DNA of 62,923 nucleotides from Candidatus Dojkabacteria bacterium (GCA_016932785.1 JAFGCJ010000007.1:1-62923); one strand, 5' to 3'. Counted from the first letter of the stretch, positions 30,253 to 40,035 are shown. Numbers and translations are program-made. The notes: generated from the letters alone by a model not told the origin.

Positions 30253-31428
30253 CTAGGCATTCTTCCTTTTTACTATCGATACCGTTGCGATAAAGGTAGT
30301 CAGTGGAATTGCCAGTATCAACCCTATACTGCTCACTAATGTTCGTACTATTTCAACGGCTACTGATTCGAGATTAACTGCATACTCTGATGAAATATTT
30401 GATGTTGAAAATAGAAGAAGCAGTGGTATAGAAGCACCTGTGTAGGTCAGCACTAATGTATTAACCATCGATGATATGTGGTCGTTTCCTACCTCCATTG
30501 CCTTGGCAAATAATTGTCCGGACCTTATTTCCGGGTTTGTTTCGTGAAGGCGCTCGACTATTGAGGTCTGAGATATTGTTACATCATCCAAAATTCCTAT
30601 TGCAGAAATTATTATTCCGCCGATGATTAGATTTGGCAGATTTATCTGTTCATCTCCAATCATTTGTAGATAGAATGTGTCCTCTGATGATGTTCCGGTA
30701 ATATGGGCCGCCTTGACGAAAATATGTGCCAATATTCCTGTTATTAAAAGGGAAATAAGTGTACCGATGACTGCAATAGTCGTTTGCCTCTTCAGGCCGT
30801 GAGAAATATAAAATGTTGCTGGGATAAGAAGTATTCCGGATAGAATTGAAATCAAAATCGGGTCTCTCCCTTTTAGAATATTGGGTATTATGAACGCGAA
30901 TACAACTATGAGTGAAATTAGCAGTCCGCCGAGCGACTGAAGTCCCCGTAGCCTGCTTACCGCCAGCACAACTATTATGAATAGAACGATGACAATGAAA
31001 AGGGATCCTGTTCTTTGGTAATCAGTTATTAAATATGTCTTACTTCCTTCTTGATCTTCTGCTATCGAGACAATAACTTTGTCTCCTTTTTGGTACTTGA
31101 TGGAGTTTGCCACGAAGTCTCCTCCGATTTCGATTGTCTTTTCCTCTCCCTCTTGGTTACCGGAGGTAATTTCGATTTTTATTTTCTGATATATCTGTTC
31201 TCCGGAGAATCCTTCGACTTCGTATGAGTCTTCTTCAAGGATCTCAATTACCGTTGCGTTCTCAAATGCCTCTGTGTTGTTATCCTCAGCCCTACATTGT
31301 GATGTGAATAGTGTAAAAAAAGATACCAGTGTCAACAAAATTGCTATTGGAATTCTTGAATTTGTGAGTGATTTTTTCATGAGTAAGAGTATACCATTTA
31401 TTCTGAGGCTATCTTTTTTTTCTTTCAA
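30253..31428 (-). CDS. YibE/F-family integral membrane protein
   Basis: A signal or TM segment, a soluble beta-rich segment, then ~7 TM helices with GILDDVTISQ, which is typical of the family. Confidence 0.65.
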   Translation of the reverse strand: MKEKKDSLRINGILLLMKKSLTNSRIPIAILLTLVSFFTLFTSQCRAEDNNTEAFENATVIEILEEDSYEVEGFSGEQIYQKIKIEITSGNQEGEEKTIEIGGDFVANSIKYQKGDKVIVSIAEDQEGSKTYLITDYQRTGSLFIVIVLFIIVVLAVSRLRGLQSLGGLLISLIVVFAFIIPNILKGRDPILISILSGILLIPATFYISHGLKRQTTIAVIGTLISLLITGILAHIFVKAAHITGTSSEDTFYLQMIGDEQINLPNLIIGGIIISAIGILDDVTISQTSIVERLHETNPEIRSGQLFAKAMEVGNDHISSMVNTLVLTYTGASIPLLLLFSTSNISSEYAVNLESVAVEIVRTLVSSIGLILAIPLTTFIATVSIVKRKNA

Positions 31429-31455
31429 AAATTCCTTGCACTTTAATCTAGGGGC

Positions 31456-31484
31456 TTGCCCTGGGAACTAATAACTTCTATAAT
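31456..31484 (+). promoter_or_regulatory. Promoter of the leuS leader (TTGCCC-17 nt-TATAAT)
   Basis: TTGCCC at 31456-31461, a 17-nt spacer, then TATAAT at 31479-31484. Confidence 0.55.
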
Positions 31485-31494
31485 CCTTTTCGAA

Positions 31495-31542
31495 ATGGTA
31501 ATACGTAAGCACACTAAACAACTTAGCCTTCTCCTTAGATAA
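31495..31542 (+). CDS. leuS leader peptide, MVIRKHTKQLSLLLR (15 aa)
   Basis: Hand translation. There are four Leu codons (CTT, CTT, CTC, CTT) within the last six sense codons. The ATG lies ~4 nt from the predicted TSS. Confidence 0.55.
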   Translation: MVIRKHTKQLSLLLR

Positions 31543-31587
31543 GCCTCTGGGAGGTAAGTTTTGTGCGTACTTCAAGCCAAAGATCAA

Positions 31588-31610
31588 CCTCCCGAAAGGG
31601 AGGCTTTTTT
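31588..31610 (+). terminator. Attenuator terminator 38 nt upstream of leuS
   Basis: CCTCCC-GAAA-GGGAGG followed by C and TTTTTT. An upstream GGGAGGT at 31549-31555 can pair with ACCTCCC as an antiterminator. The upstream gene is divergent, so this does not terminate it. Confidence 0.7.
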
Positions 31611-31648
31611 AATTGATGGTTATAACATAAATTTATGATGAGTATCTA

Positions 31649-34105
31649 ATGAAGAATTATGATTCTAAGAAGATAGAACCAAAATGGCAAAAAAAATGGA
31701 AATCTCAGGGCTTATATAAAGCTGAGGATTTTGACAAGGATAAAGAAAAATTTTATTGCTTAGTGGAATTTCCGTATCCTTCAGGTGAAGGTCTTCACAT
31801 AGGTCATGCATTCACAATGACCGGTGCCGATGTCTATGCCCGGAAAAAGAGAATGGATGGTTATAATGTCCTATTTCCCATGGGTTATGATGCTTTTGGT
31901 CTTCCTGCGGAAAATTATGCCATTAAGATGGGCATTCATCCAAGTGTTGCCGTTAAGCAGAATACCGAGACTTTCCGTCGTCAGATGGAAGAGCTGGCCT
32001 TTTCTTTTGACTGGGATCGGGAGGTAAATACTACTGATCCAGATTACTATAGATGGACTCAGTGGATTTTTGTGAAATTATTCGAAAAAGGTTTGGCTTA
32101 CAAAGAGGAAAAACCAATCAACTGGTGTCCTTCCTGTAAGATTGGTTTAGCTAATGAAGAGGTTGTGGATGGTAAATGTGAGAGGTGTGGAGCAGAGGCG
32201 ACTAAAAAGAACTTGAGTCAGTGGATTGTGAAGATAACAGATTATGCGGATAGGTTGATTGATGGTTTGGAGCAAACGGATTTTGTAAAGAAGGTAGAGA
32301 TGGCTCAGGTTAACTGGATTGATCGCAAGCAGTGGATAGATATTAACTATCCGATCAAGGGAACAGATCGTGAGATTGTTGTCTCGACAACTCGCCCAGA
32401 TACGAACTTCGGTTCAACTTTTGTCGTTTTGGCTCCGGAGCATCCTTTAGTCAGTGAGATTACGAATCCTGATTCCGATCTACACAAAGAAGTGGATATC
32501 TCTGACGAGACGGTAAAAAAGGTTAAAGACTATGTCGTTGAAACAAAGAAAAAGAGTGAGGTTGAGAGAATGGTTATTGACCGGAAGAAAACGGGAGTTT
32601 TTACCGAACTGTATGCTGTAAATCGGATCGATGGCAGAGAGATGCCAGTCTATGTAACAGATTTTGTATTATCGACGATCGGTACCGGTGCTGTCGTTGG
32701 TGTTCCCGGTCATGATATGAGGGATTTTGAGTTTGCTCAGAAATTTGATCTGCCTGTGATGAGGGTTGTTGTCGGTAGTGATGGAGATACTTCTCCTGTA
32801 ACCAAGAGGGGGCAAGTGCAGGAAGAGGATGGTAAGATGATTAATTCAGGGTTTCTTGATGGTATGGATATCCATAAGGCGACGGAGAAGATGATGGACT
32901 ACATCGAGAAAAAAGGTTGGGGCAAGCGTACAATAAGGTATCACCTTCGGGACTGGATTTTCTCTCGACAGCACTACTGGGGGGAGCCAATTCCTATGGT
33001 TAATTGTGAGAAATGTGGCTGGGTTCCTGTTCCTGAAGATCAGTTGCCTGTTGTCCTGCCTCAAGTTGAGAAATACGAGCCGACTGATACCGGAGAGAGC
33101 CCCTTGGCGGTGATGACTGATTGGGTGAATACCGAATGCCCGAAATGTGGGGGCCCTGCGAAGCGCGAAACAGATACAATGCCAAATTGGGCCGGTAGTG
33201 ATTGGTACTTTTTGCGATATCTGGATAACCAAAATGATAAAGAGTTGGCCGACATGAAGAAAATGGAGTACTGGATGCCAGTGGATGTGTACTTGGGAGG
33301 AGATGAACACAACACATTACACTTGTTGTATTCGAGATTCATATATCAGTTCTTGTGGGATATCGGTGCTGTTCCTAAGTCAATTCCGGAGCCTTATTAT
33401 CGTCGTGTCTCTCACGGTGTGATCTTGGGTCCTGATGGACAAAGGATGAGCAAGAGTCGTGGAAATGTCATAGTACCTGATGATATGGCTAAAGAGTATG
33501 GGGTAGATGTCTTGAGAACGTATATGATGTTCATGGGTCCATTTGAGGGAACTATGGCCTGGAACGATAACGCATTGAAGGGTGTTCAAAGGTTTGTAAA
33601 CAGGTTTAATACATATATCCAAGGAGCAGCAGATAAATCGGATAAAGGCGTTGAGGTAGCTGTTAGTAAGTTAGTAAGGAAGGTATCTGATGATCTGGAT
33701 AGCTTTCAGTACAACACTGCTATAGCGGCTATGATGGAGACCTTGAATGAGATTGAAGGTAAGAAAATTTCTAAGAAAAACGCAAAGGTAATGGTTCAGA
33801 TATTTGCGCCCTTTGCTCCGTATTTGACTGAGGAGTTATGGGAAATATTGGGATGTAAGGGTAGTGTTCATGTGACAAGTTGGCCGAAGGTTGATGAGTC
33901 TGTTCTGGCTGATGAGGAAATTGAAATTCCGATTCAGATAAATGGCAAGGTTAGAGGTACTGTAAAAGTATCTCCAGATGTATCAGAGAAGGCTGTCAGA
34001 GAGGCTGCTATGGCCGTAGAAAACGTTAAAAAACATGTTGAGGGTAAAGACATAAAGAAGTTCATTTATGTTCCTGGAAGGATCGTGACTATAGTCAGTC
34101 CTTAG
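31649..34105 (+). CDS. leuS: Leucine--tRNA ligase
   Basis: HIGH motif (HIGHAF), KMSKS motif (RMSKSRGN), a CP1 editing domain and 818 aa. Confidence 0.95.
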   Translation: MKNYDSKKIEPKWQKKWKSQGLYKAEDFDKDKEKFYCLVEFPYPSGEGLHIGHAFTMTGADVYARKKRMDGYNVLFPMGYDAFGLPAENYAIKMGIHPSVAVKQNTETFRRQMEELAFSFDWDREVNTTDPDYYRWTQWIFVKLFEKGLAYKEEKPINWCPSCKIGLANEEVVDGKCERCGAEATKKNLSQWIVKITDYADRLIDGLEQTDFVKKVEMAQVNWIDRKQWIDINYPIKGTDREIVVSTTRPDTNFGSTFVVLAPEHPLVSEITNPDSDLHKEVDISDETVKKVKDYVVETKKKSEVERMVIDRKKTGVFTELYAVNRIDGREMPVYVTDFVLSTIGTGAVVGVPGHDMRDFEFAQKFDLPVMRVVVGSDGDTSPVTKRGQVQEEDGKMINSGFLDGMDIHKATEKMMDYIEKKGWGKRTIRYHLRDWIFSRQHYWGEPIPMVNCEKCGWVPVPEDQLPVVLPQVEKYEPTDTGESPLAVMTDWVNTECPKCGGPAKRETDTMPNWAGSDWYFLRYLDNQNDKELADMKKMEYWMPVDVYLGGDEHNTLHLLYSRFIYQFLWDIGAVPKSIPEPYYRRVSHGVILGPDGQRMSKSRGNVIVPDDMAKEYGVDVLRTYMMFMGPFEGTMAWNDNALKGVQRFVNRFNTYIQGAADKSDKGVEVAVSKLVRKVSDDLDSFQYNTAIAAMMETLNEIEGKKISKKNAKVMVQIFAPFAPYLTEELWEILGCKGSVHVTSWPKVDESVLADEEIEIPIQINGKVRGTVKVSPDVSEKAVREAAMAVENVKKHVEGKDIKKFIYVPGRIVTIVSP

Positions 34106-34187
34106 GACTGAGTTTAGCCTTTTGTTATAGTGGTTTTACGATTTGCGGGGTCCTTTTTGTGGCCCATAGTGACCAGTCCCAAGGACT
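34097..34187. repeat. REP doublet (AGTCCTTAGGACT at 34097, AGTCCCAAGGACT at 34175)
   Basis: The copies are 78 nt apart. The leuS stop codon TAG lies in the loop of the first copy. The second copy is part of the longer palindrome CCAGTCCCAAGGACTGG. Confidence 0.75.
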
Positions 34188-34227
34188 GGTGTATAATGGT
34201 AAAGCTAACTTTTCTTGTATACAACTT

Positions 34228-35094
34228 ATGGGAGTTTTAAGTCCTAAAGATCTAGTAAAAGATCACAAAGGTGTTTTGTTACCTCTTCTTGGAGCGGTTG
34301 CCCTTATAGCGGCCCTCGGGTATTTTTTTAGCCGTGGAGGCGATTATTGGTCTGATAGTGGGTTGATTCAAGATATACCCGGACTAGGATCCGATGAAAG
34401 AAAAACTTACGACGCTCCTCCGGAAATGTCTATTGATGAAAGCGCTGATTATTCGGCAGTAATAAAAACATCTAAGGGTGATATAAAAGTCGATCTACTT
34501 GAGGATAATGCACCTAAAACTGTGAACAATTTTGTTTTTCTAGCGGAAGAGGACTTTTATGATGGTTTAACATTTCATCGTGTTATTGAAGGATTTATGA
34601 TTCAAGGTGGAGATCCTAAGGGAGATGGGACTGGTGATCCGGGATATAAGTTTGCTGATGAAATTAATGCTGACTCCTTAGGACTTGATGATGTTTTGGT
34701 GGAGGATTGTGAATGGTTGTCTGGATTGTATAATCCTTATAATTCTTCAACGATGGGCTATTCTCCAAATAGTCTAAGAGAGCATGCAGATGACTCTCTT
34801 GCTGAGTTCTACAGTGATGTTATTGGTTATAATTATACTGACGATGTAACAAGTGTAAAATTTGCTCCAGGTGTACTTGCTATGGCAAATTCGGGTCCAG
34901 ACACTAACGGATCACAGTTTTTTATAACTGTTAGCAGTTTCATTGATGAGACGCTAGACGGTAGGCATACAGTTTTTGGCAGGGTTACTAGTGGAATGGA
35001 CATTGTTGATGAGATTTCCGAGGTTGCCACAAGTCAAAGTAACAAGCCATTAAGCGATATTGTAATAAAGGATATTGAGATAAAGAAGGATTAG
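34228..35094 (+). CDS. Membrane-anchored cyclophilin-type peptidyl-prolyl cis-trans isomerase
   Basis: FHRVIEGFMIQGGDP and SQFFIT cyclophilin signatures, plus an N-terminal TM segment. The start was moved to the ATG at 34228, because the GTG-extended ORF reads through a REP. Confidence 0.88.
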   Translation: MGVLSPKDLVKDHKGVLLPLLGAVALIAALGYFFSRGGDYWSDSGLIQDIPGLGSDERKTYDAPPEMSIDESADYSAVIKTSKGDIKVDLLEDNAPKTVNNFVFLAEEDFYDGLTFHRVIEGFMIQGGDPKGDGTGDPGYKFADEINADSLGLDDVLVEDCEWLSGLYNPYNSSTMGYSPNSLREHADDSLAEFYSDVIGYNYTDDVTSVKFAPGVLAMANSGPDTNGSQFFITVSSFIDETLDGRHTVFGRVTSGMDIVDEISEVATSQSNKPLSDIVIKDIEIKKD

Positions 35095-35100
35095 TGTTTA

Positions 35101-36192
35101 ATGAAATACTATGTTACAACATTTCCTGGTATTTCTCAGGTAACGAGGCTTGAAATTTCCGATAAAAATCCGTCAGCGAAAATTGTTAATCAATTTCGTA
35201 TAGAGAATAATGACATTCTTACTTTGGATGGAATCTTTCCAAAGGATCTTACTCAGCTTAGAACAGTGGAAGACTTTTTTTTTAATTTGGGCATTATTCA
35301 TCTTGATGGAAATAAGAGTGATTTGGTGTCTGTTTCTGAGTTTTTGTCAAAGAATAATATGATAGACCCTGCGCTGTCAGTTCACAGAGAGTTAGCTGGT
35401 GGGAAAAAGGGTGCTTTGAAAACAAAATTCAGATTTATAGTTCAGGCGAAGGATGCTAAATGGAGGAAATATAGAAGAGTCGACATCCAGAATGCTGCGG
35501 AAAAGGCTATATTGAAAAGGTATAACGGATGGAGGTTGGTGAAGGATTCTGCGCATGTGGAGTTTTGGATCCAGCAGAGTGGGCCAAATTTAATATTTGG
35601 CCTCAGGTTATCTGATAGAACAGTTAGGCATCGGGAATATAAGAAGGTTAATATCGAAGGATCTCTACGTCCGACAATTGCAGCTACTCTTGTTTATCTT
35701 TCTGGAGTTGATAAGAATGACATTTTTCTTGATCCTATGTGCGGTGCTGGGACAATACTTGCTGAAAGGATGATTGCTGGGTCTTATAGGGAAATTCTGG
35801 GGGGAGATATAGACGAATCTGCAGTAGAAGCCGCAAAAGTTAATCTTTCGAGATTAAAATCAAATGCTATTTTGCCTAATATAAAGATGTGGGATGCCAC
35901 AAATCTTCCACTTGATGACGAGTCAGTAACTAAGATTGTGACTAATCCTCCGTGGGGAAGGAGGGTTGGGTCTGATGATGAGGTAGCACATTTGTATCCT
36001 GCCTTTATTAAGGAGGTTGAAAGGGTTATGGTCTCTGGTGGTAGGTGTGTTATCTTATCAGGTAAGTGGGATGAGATTAAAAAATACCTATCCGATAGAA
36101 GTAGTCTCCTTGTCGAAAACCACATTAAGGATATTGAGGTAATGGGTTACTGCGCTGACATCTTTGTGACAGAAAAGCAGTCTGAGAAGTAG
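35101..36192 (+). CDS. THUMP-domain class I SAM-dependent RNA methyltransferase
   Basis: N-terminal THUMP-like region, SAM-binding DPMCGAGT and the catalytic TNPPWG motif. Confidence 0.8.
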   Translation: MKYYVTTFPGISQVTRLEISDKNPSAKIVNQFRIENNDILTLDGIFPKDLTQLRTVEDFFFNLGIIHLDGNKSDLVSVSEFLSKNNMIDPALSVHRELAGGKKGALKTKFRFIVQAKDAKWRKYRRVDIQNAAEKAILKRYNGWRLVKDSAHVEFWIQQSGPNLIFGLRLSDRTVRHREYKKVNIEGSLRPTIAATLVYLSGVDKNDIFLDPMCGAGTILAERMIAGSYREILGGDIDESAVEAAKVNLSRLKSNAILPNIKMWDATNLPLDDESVTKIVTNPPWGRRVGSDDEVAHLYPAFIKEVERVMVSGGRCVILSGKWDEIKKYLSDRSSLLVENHIKDIEVMGYCADIFVTEKQSEK

Positions 36193-36196
36193 ACTG

Positions 36197-36550
36197 CTAT
36201 ATAAGCATGGGTAGACCTCTAAGTTTTCTATTTACCGGGTCAAGAACGTATCCAAATGTTTCCAAAGTTACTGCTCCTAGAAGAAATACACCCTCGTCTC
36301 CAAATACTACGGGTGAGGTAGCTCTTTCTTTATCGATTTCAAACATTGCTTCTCCAACTTCTTTTTTTATGGTCTGACCATTTGCTAGTATGAATTCTCT
36401 TTTATATGAGGGTTTTATCTTTAGACCTTCAAGAATTTTCTTATCTACGACCGAGTAAACCGCTCCGCTATCAACGAGGAACTTTCTTGAAAATCCCTTC
36501 TTAGGTTCGCGAGGATTCAATATTTTTGTTGTTATATATGTGAGTGCCAT
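36197..36550 (-). CDS. Retropepsin-like (clan AA) aspartic protease
   Basis: FLVDSGAVYSVV contains the D-S-G active-site triad. 117 aa. Confidence 0.7.
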   Translation of the reverse strand: MALTYITTKILNPREPKKGFSRKFLVDSGAVYSVVDKKILEGLKIKPSYKREFILANGQTIKKEVGEAMFEIDKERATSPVVFGDEGVFLLGAVTLETFGYVLDPVNRKLRGLPMLI

Positions 36551-36640
36551 ATGTTGATATTATAGCACTTTTTTGATTTTGGAATTTTTTATCTGGAAAA
36601 TTTTAATCCAATTTTAATGATCTGTGGTTAGTATTAGGTT

Positions 36641-37261
36641 ATGGATCTCAAAGCTATCATGCAATTCATCAAGAAAAATTGGAAGATAATTCTTACTGGG
36701 GTGGTCGGGTTTACAGTAGGTGGGCTTCTTGCTCTGTTGATCATGTTTGAAATTAGAGAAGAATGTGACTGTGGGAAAGTTGATGATTCGAGTGATGTCA
36801 GTGTTCCGGTTGTTGAACAAGAGACCTGTGATCTGGAGGTCGATATAACAGGAGCAGTAGTAAATTCAGGTTTGTATTGTCTACCAAAGAATTCAAATGT
36901 CGGGGATTTAATTGATATGGCTGGGGGATTTTCCGGTGATGTATGTAACAGGTGGGTTCTGCGTGAGCTTAATAGGGCTGCTGCAGTTGAACCGAACTCT
37001 AAGGTTTATGTTCCGTTTTCAGAAGATCCGGAGTGCAGTAGCGAACTTATATCTGAAGGTGAGGGTTCCGAAATTGGGGATGGGAAGGTGAGCATAAATG
37101 ATGCCTCAGTCTCGGAGCTTGAAACCTTAACGGGGGTAGGGCCGTCCACTGCGAAGAAGATTGTTGAAGGACGGCCCTATACATCACTGGAAGATCTGAT
37201 GAATGTTAAAGGGATAGGTCAGGCGACTTTTGATGAACTTAAGGATCAAATATGTTTATGA
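36641..37261 (+). CDS. comEA: Competence protein ComEA (helix-hairpin-helix DNA receptor)
   Basis: A TM anchor, a SLBB-like region and a C-terminal HhH pair (LETLTGVGPSTAKKIV...LMNVKGIGQATF). Confidence 0.85.
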   Translation: MDLKAIMQFIKKNWKIILTGVVGFTVGGLLALLIMFEIREECDCGKVDDSSDVSVPVVEQETCDLEVDITGAVVNSGLYCLPKNSNVGDLIDMAGGFSGDVCNRWVLRELNRAAAVEPNSKVYVPFSEDPECSSELISEGEGSEIGDGKVSINDASVSELETLTGVGPSTAKKIVEGRPYTSLEDLMNVKGIGQATFDELKDQICL

Positions 37262-38778
37262 CGACCCGAGTCTGCAAACTTTGGGATTATGTTGCATCGA
37301 TACCGATCATTCAAATATGCCTAGGTATTATAGTCGGGGGATTTCTTGATGGTGTCAATGATATAGTTCTCGGAGCAATATCGTTCTGTATCTCTTGGCT
37401 TGTCCGGTGTTGGTGGAAAAAGAAGATATGGAAGTGGTTTGGGATTGGAATTGTAATAGTTGGGATAAGATTATTTCTTATTGATGATTCTGTTCCACTG
37501 GACGATGTTTCGAGATTTAATGGTAGTTACGTTGAGATTTTGGGAGTTGTGACTTCCGACGTCAAATTCAATCCAGAAAAAACTAGTGTTGTACTGGATG
37601 TGAAGGAGCTGTGTTTGAAGAAAGACAATATATGCGTTGATGAGTCATCTGTCTCAGGTAATGTTCAGACCTGGATTCCTAATTTTCCCAGGGTAAGAAC
37701 CGGTGAAATACTTAATATTTCAGGTGAACTTGAGGAACCGGAAGATTTTGAGGACTCAGGAAAGTTTTCTTACGAAGCATATTTAGCAAATAAAGGTGTC
37801 CATTCTTTGATATATCGTCCGGAAGTTGAGTATACCGGTGAGCGACGATTTTTTTTTGCCTATCGGTGGCTTCTGGACTTCAGGGATCTGCTTCTGAACA
37901 AGATCAACCGCACGCTTCCTGAGCCGCATGCATCTCTCGCCGCAGGAATTTTGCTTGGTGCGAGGAGGAGCATGCCTGAGGATTTTTCTGTTTCTCTACA
38001 AAGGACAGGTACAACTCATGTGATAGCAGCCTCCGGTTACAATGTCACTCTGGTAATAAACTTTGTCATTTCTATTGCGGCATTTCTCAGTAGGAAGATA
38101 AGGGTGATTGTGGCTGTGATTTTTGTTTGGATTTTTGTTCTTATGTCTGGAGCAAGTTTGCCGGTCGTGAGAGCTGGAATCATGGGAAGTTTTGCCTTGG
38201 CGGCATTGCTGACAGGAAACGAGTCGATAGTACATGTGTCTTTACCATTAAGTGGTGCTGTTATGATTTTGGTAGATCCTGGTGTTATTTTTGACATAAG
38301 TTTTCAACTTTCCTTTCTCTCAACTGCTGGACTAATATATGTAGTCCCTGTTCTTGAAAGAGTTTTTCCGTGGATACCAGAATCATTAAAAGATTCAACC
38401 TTAGTTACTATTGCCGCTATAATATCGACCTTTCCTATATCTGCTTTTAACTTTGGTCAATTTTCGTTGATTGCTCCAGTAGCGAATTTTATGGTTCTTC
38501 CTGTTGTCGAGCTGATAATGATCCTAGGTATGGCGGTTTTGCTGTTTCCTCGAGGTCTGGGATTTTTGAGTGGTCTTGTTGCAAGTATATGCTGGGTTCC
38601 ATTGGAATATTTTGTTAACGTTATTGAATGGCTCGGATCTCTCAGTTTTGCTTCGGTTGATCTTCCGGAATTTTCTTCGATGGCACTGGTTCTGTATTAT
38701 GTGATTTTGTTTGGTATTGTTTTGTTAGCATACCCTGAGAAACGAGAACAGATTATGTTGCTAAATGTTGATTTATGA
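37252..38778 (+). CDS. comEC: ComEC/Rec2 DNA channel protein (OB and competence membrane domains only)
   Basis: Polytopic membrane protein with the competence-domain motif TGTTHVIAASGYNV. It lacks the MBL domain, which is encoded by the next ORF. Confidence 0.85.
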   Translation: MFMTTRVCKLWDYVASIPIIQICLGIIVGGFLDGVNDIVLGAISFCISWLVRCWWKKKIWKWFGIGIVIVGIRLFLIDDSVPLDDVSRFNGSYVEILGVVTSDVKFNPEKTSVVLDVKELCLKKDNICVDESSVSGNVQTWIPNFPRVRTGEILNISGELEEPEDFEDSGKFSYEAYLANKGVHSLIYRPEVEYTGERRFFFAYRWLLDFRDLLLNKINRTLPEPHASLAAGILLGARRSMPEDFSVSLQRTGTTHVIAASGYNVTLVINFVISIAAFLSRKIRVIVAVIFVWIFVLMSGASLPVVRAGIMGSFALAALLTGNESIVHVSLPLSGAVMILVDPGVIFDISFQLSFLSTAGLIYVVPVLERVFPWIPESLKDSTLVTIAAIISTFPISAFNFGQFSLIAPVANFMVLPVVELIMILGMAVLLFPRGLGFLSGLVASICWVPLEYFVNVIEWLGSLSFASVDLPEFSSMALVLYYVILFGIVLLAYPEKREQIMLLNVDL

Positions 38779-39668
38779 AGGGTAATATATGGAAATTGTA
38801 TGCGGTAGTAATATTGATCTGGCTTATTATTATTTGGATTAAAGATGTCCGTGACAACAGCTTATCGGTGGTTTTTCTGGATGTAGGGCAGGGTGATTCA
38901 ATAATTGTACGTGCGCCTGACGGTTGGACGATGTTGATAGATGGCGGTGGTGGTGATTATGTTTTGAGTCAGTTGGGTAAGGTTCTTCCACCTTGGGTTA
39001 GGAAGATTGATGTTATTCTATTGACTCATCCGCATGCGGATCATTTGAGAGGGCTTCTTGAAGTCATAGAGAGGTATGAGGTGGAGGAAATCTGGTGGAA
39101 TCCTGTGTACTACCAGTTTTCTGAGTATGATTTTTTTGTTGATTCTGTAGGGGAAATTGGAGTTGCGGTTGATTCTGAAGTTTCTCGTTATGTTAACAGG
39201 GATGTTAGTATTGAAGTGCTTTGGCCCTTGAGTGAAGATGGTAATGGGATTTCGGAGGAAGAAATGTTGTGGTGTGATGAACACAATATACTGTGTTCAT
39301 CTAGGTTTGACGATAACGTTAATAATGATTCGGTGGTGATTTTTCTTAGCTACCAGGATTTTGATTTGCTTCTCATGGGAGATGCAGAGTATGAGGTTGA
39401 GGAAGTTCTTTTAAAAATTGGGAGTCTCCATGATGTAGAGGTTTTGAAGGCAGGACACCATTGCTCAAGAACTGCCAGTAGTGAAGAATTTATTGGTGTG
39501 GTGAGACCAGAACTGGCAGTATGTAGCTGCGGTGAAGGAAATAAGTTTGGACATCCTCATAAAGAGACGCTAAACAACTTCGATGAATTCGGAGTGGAAT
39601 ATCTCCGGACTGATAAAATTGGCAATGTCGTTTTAAAAAGTGATGGAGAAAAATGGTGGATAGAGTAG
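38775..39668 (+). CDS. ComEC-type metallo-beta-lactamase domain protein (separate ORF, 4-nt overlap with comEC)
   Basis: LLTHPHADHLRGL, plus a later GHH and GHPH. It has an N-terminal TM segment and an ATGA overlap with the upstream ORF. Confidence 0.85.
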   Translation: MKGNIWKLYAVVILIWLIIIWIKDVRDNSLSVVFLDVGQGDSIIVRAPDGWTMLIDGGGGDYVLSQLGKVLPPWVRKIDVILLTHPHADHLRGLLEVIERYEVEEIWWNPVYYQFSEYDFFVDSVGEIGVAVDSEVSRYVNRDVSIEVLWPLSEDGNGISEEEMLWCDEHNILCSSRFDDNVNNDSVVIFLSYQDFDLLLMGDAEYEVEEVLLKIGSLHDVEVLKAGHHCSRTASSEEFIGVVRPELAVCSCGEGNKFGHPHKETLNNFDEFGVEYLRTDKIGNVVLKSDGEKWWIE

Positions 39669-39741
39669 TACTTCCGGTTTAATCATCCTGTGTAGATGTT
39701 TTCTGGGTGTTTTTTGTGTGATAAAATCGCACAGTGAAGGT

Positions 39742-39814
39742 GCACCCGTAGCTCAAAGGATAGAGCAACTGCCTTCTAAGCAGTAGGCTGCAGGTTCGAG
39801 TCCTGCCGGGTGCG
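39742..39814 (+). tRNA. tRNA-Arg (anticodon TCT), copy 1
   Basis: Hand-folded 73-nt cloverleaf with anticodon loop CTTCTAA. Confidence 0.85.
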
Positions 39815-39866
39815 TGTTTGTTTTTTGACCCGTGAGGTTCTGAACAATCAGTAATAAGTGTGGCTA

Positions 39867-39940
39867 GCACCTGTAGCTCAACCGGATAGAGCATTGGTTT
39901 GCGGAACCAAAGGTTGCAGGTTCGATTCCTGCCAGGTGCG
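39867..39940 (+). tRNA. tRNA-Arg (anticodon GCG)
   Basis: Hand-folded 74-nt cloverleaf with anticodon loop TTGCGGA. The acceptor and T arms are nearly identical to the TCT copies. Confidence 0.8.
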
Positions 39941-39943
39941 CGT

Positions 39944-40035
39944 AGTCCTTAGGACTGGGAAAGTCTTATTTTCAAGGGGTTTTCTTGTTGTGGAGGTTGT
40001 GTTTTTGAGTCCTATAATATTCAGTCCCCGGGGTG
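39944..40035. repeat. REP doublet (AGTCCTTAGGACT at 39944, degenerate AGTCCCCGGGGTG at 40023)
   Basis: The copies are 79 nt apart. The doublet starts 3 nt after tRNA-Arg(GCG). An inner CCTATA element precedes the second copy. Confidence 0.65.

Noticed and set aside
34159-34227. The GTG-initiated N-terminal extension of the cyclophilin ORF, and similar extensions at 8085, 11344, 27889, 28943, 29109, 48541, 53423 and 57619
   Set aside because: The extensions read through REP copies, promoter-like AT-rich sequence or the divergent neighbour. In each case an in-frame ATG gives a sensible signal peptide, TM segment or domain start.
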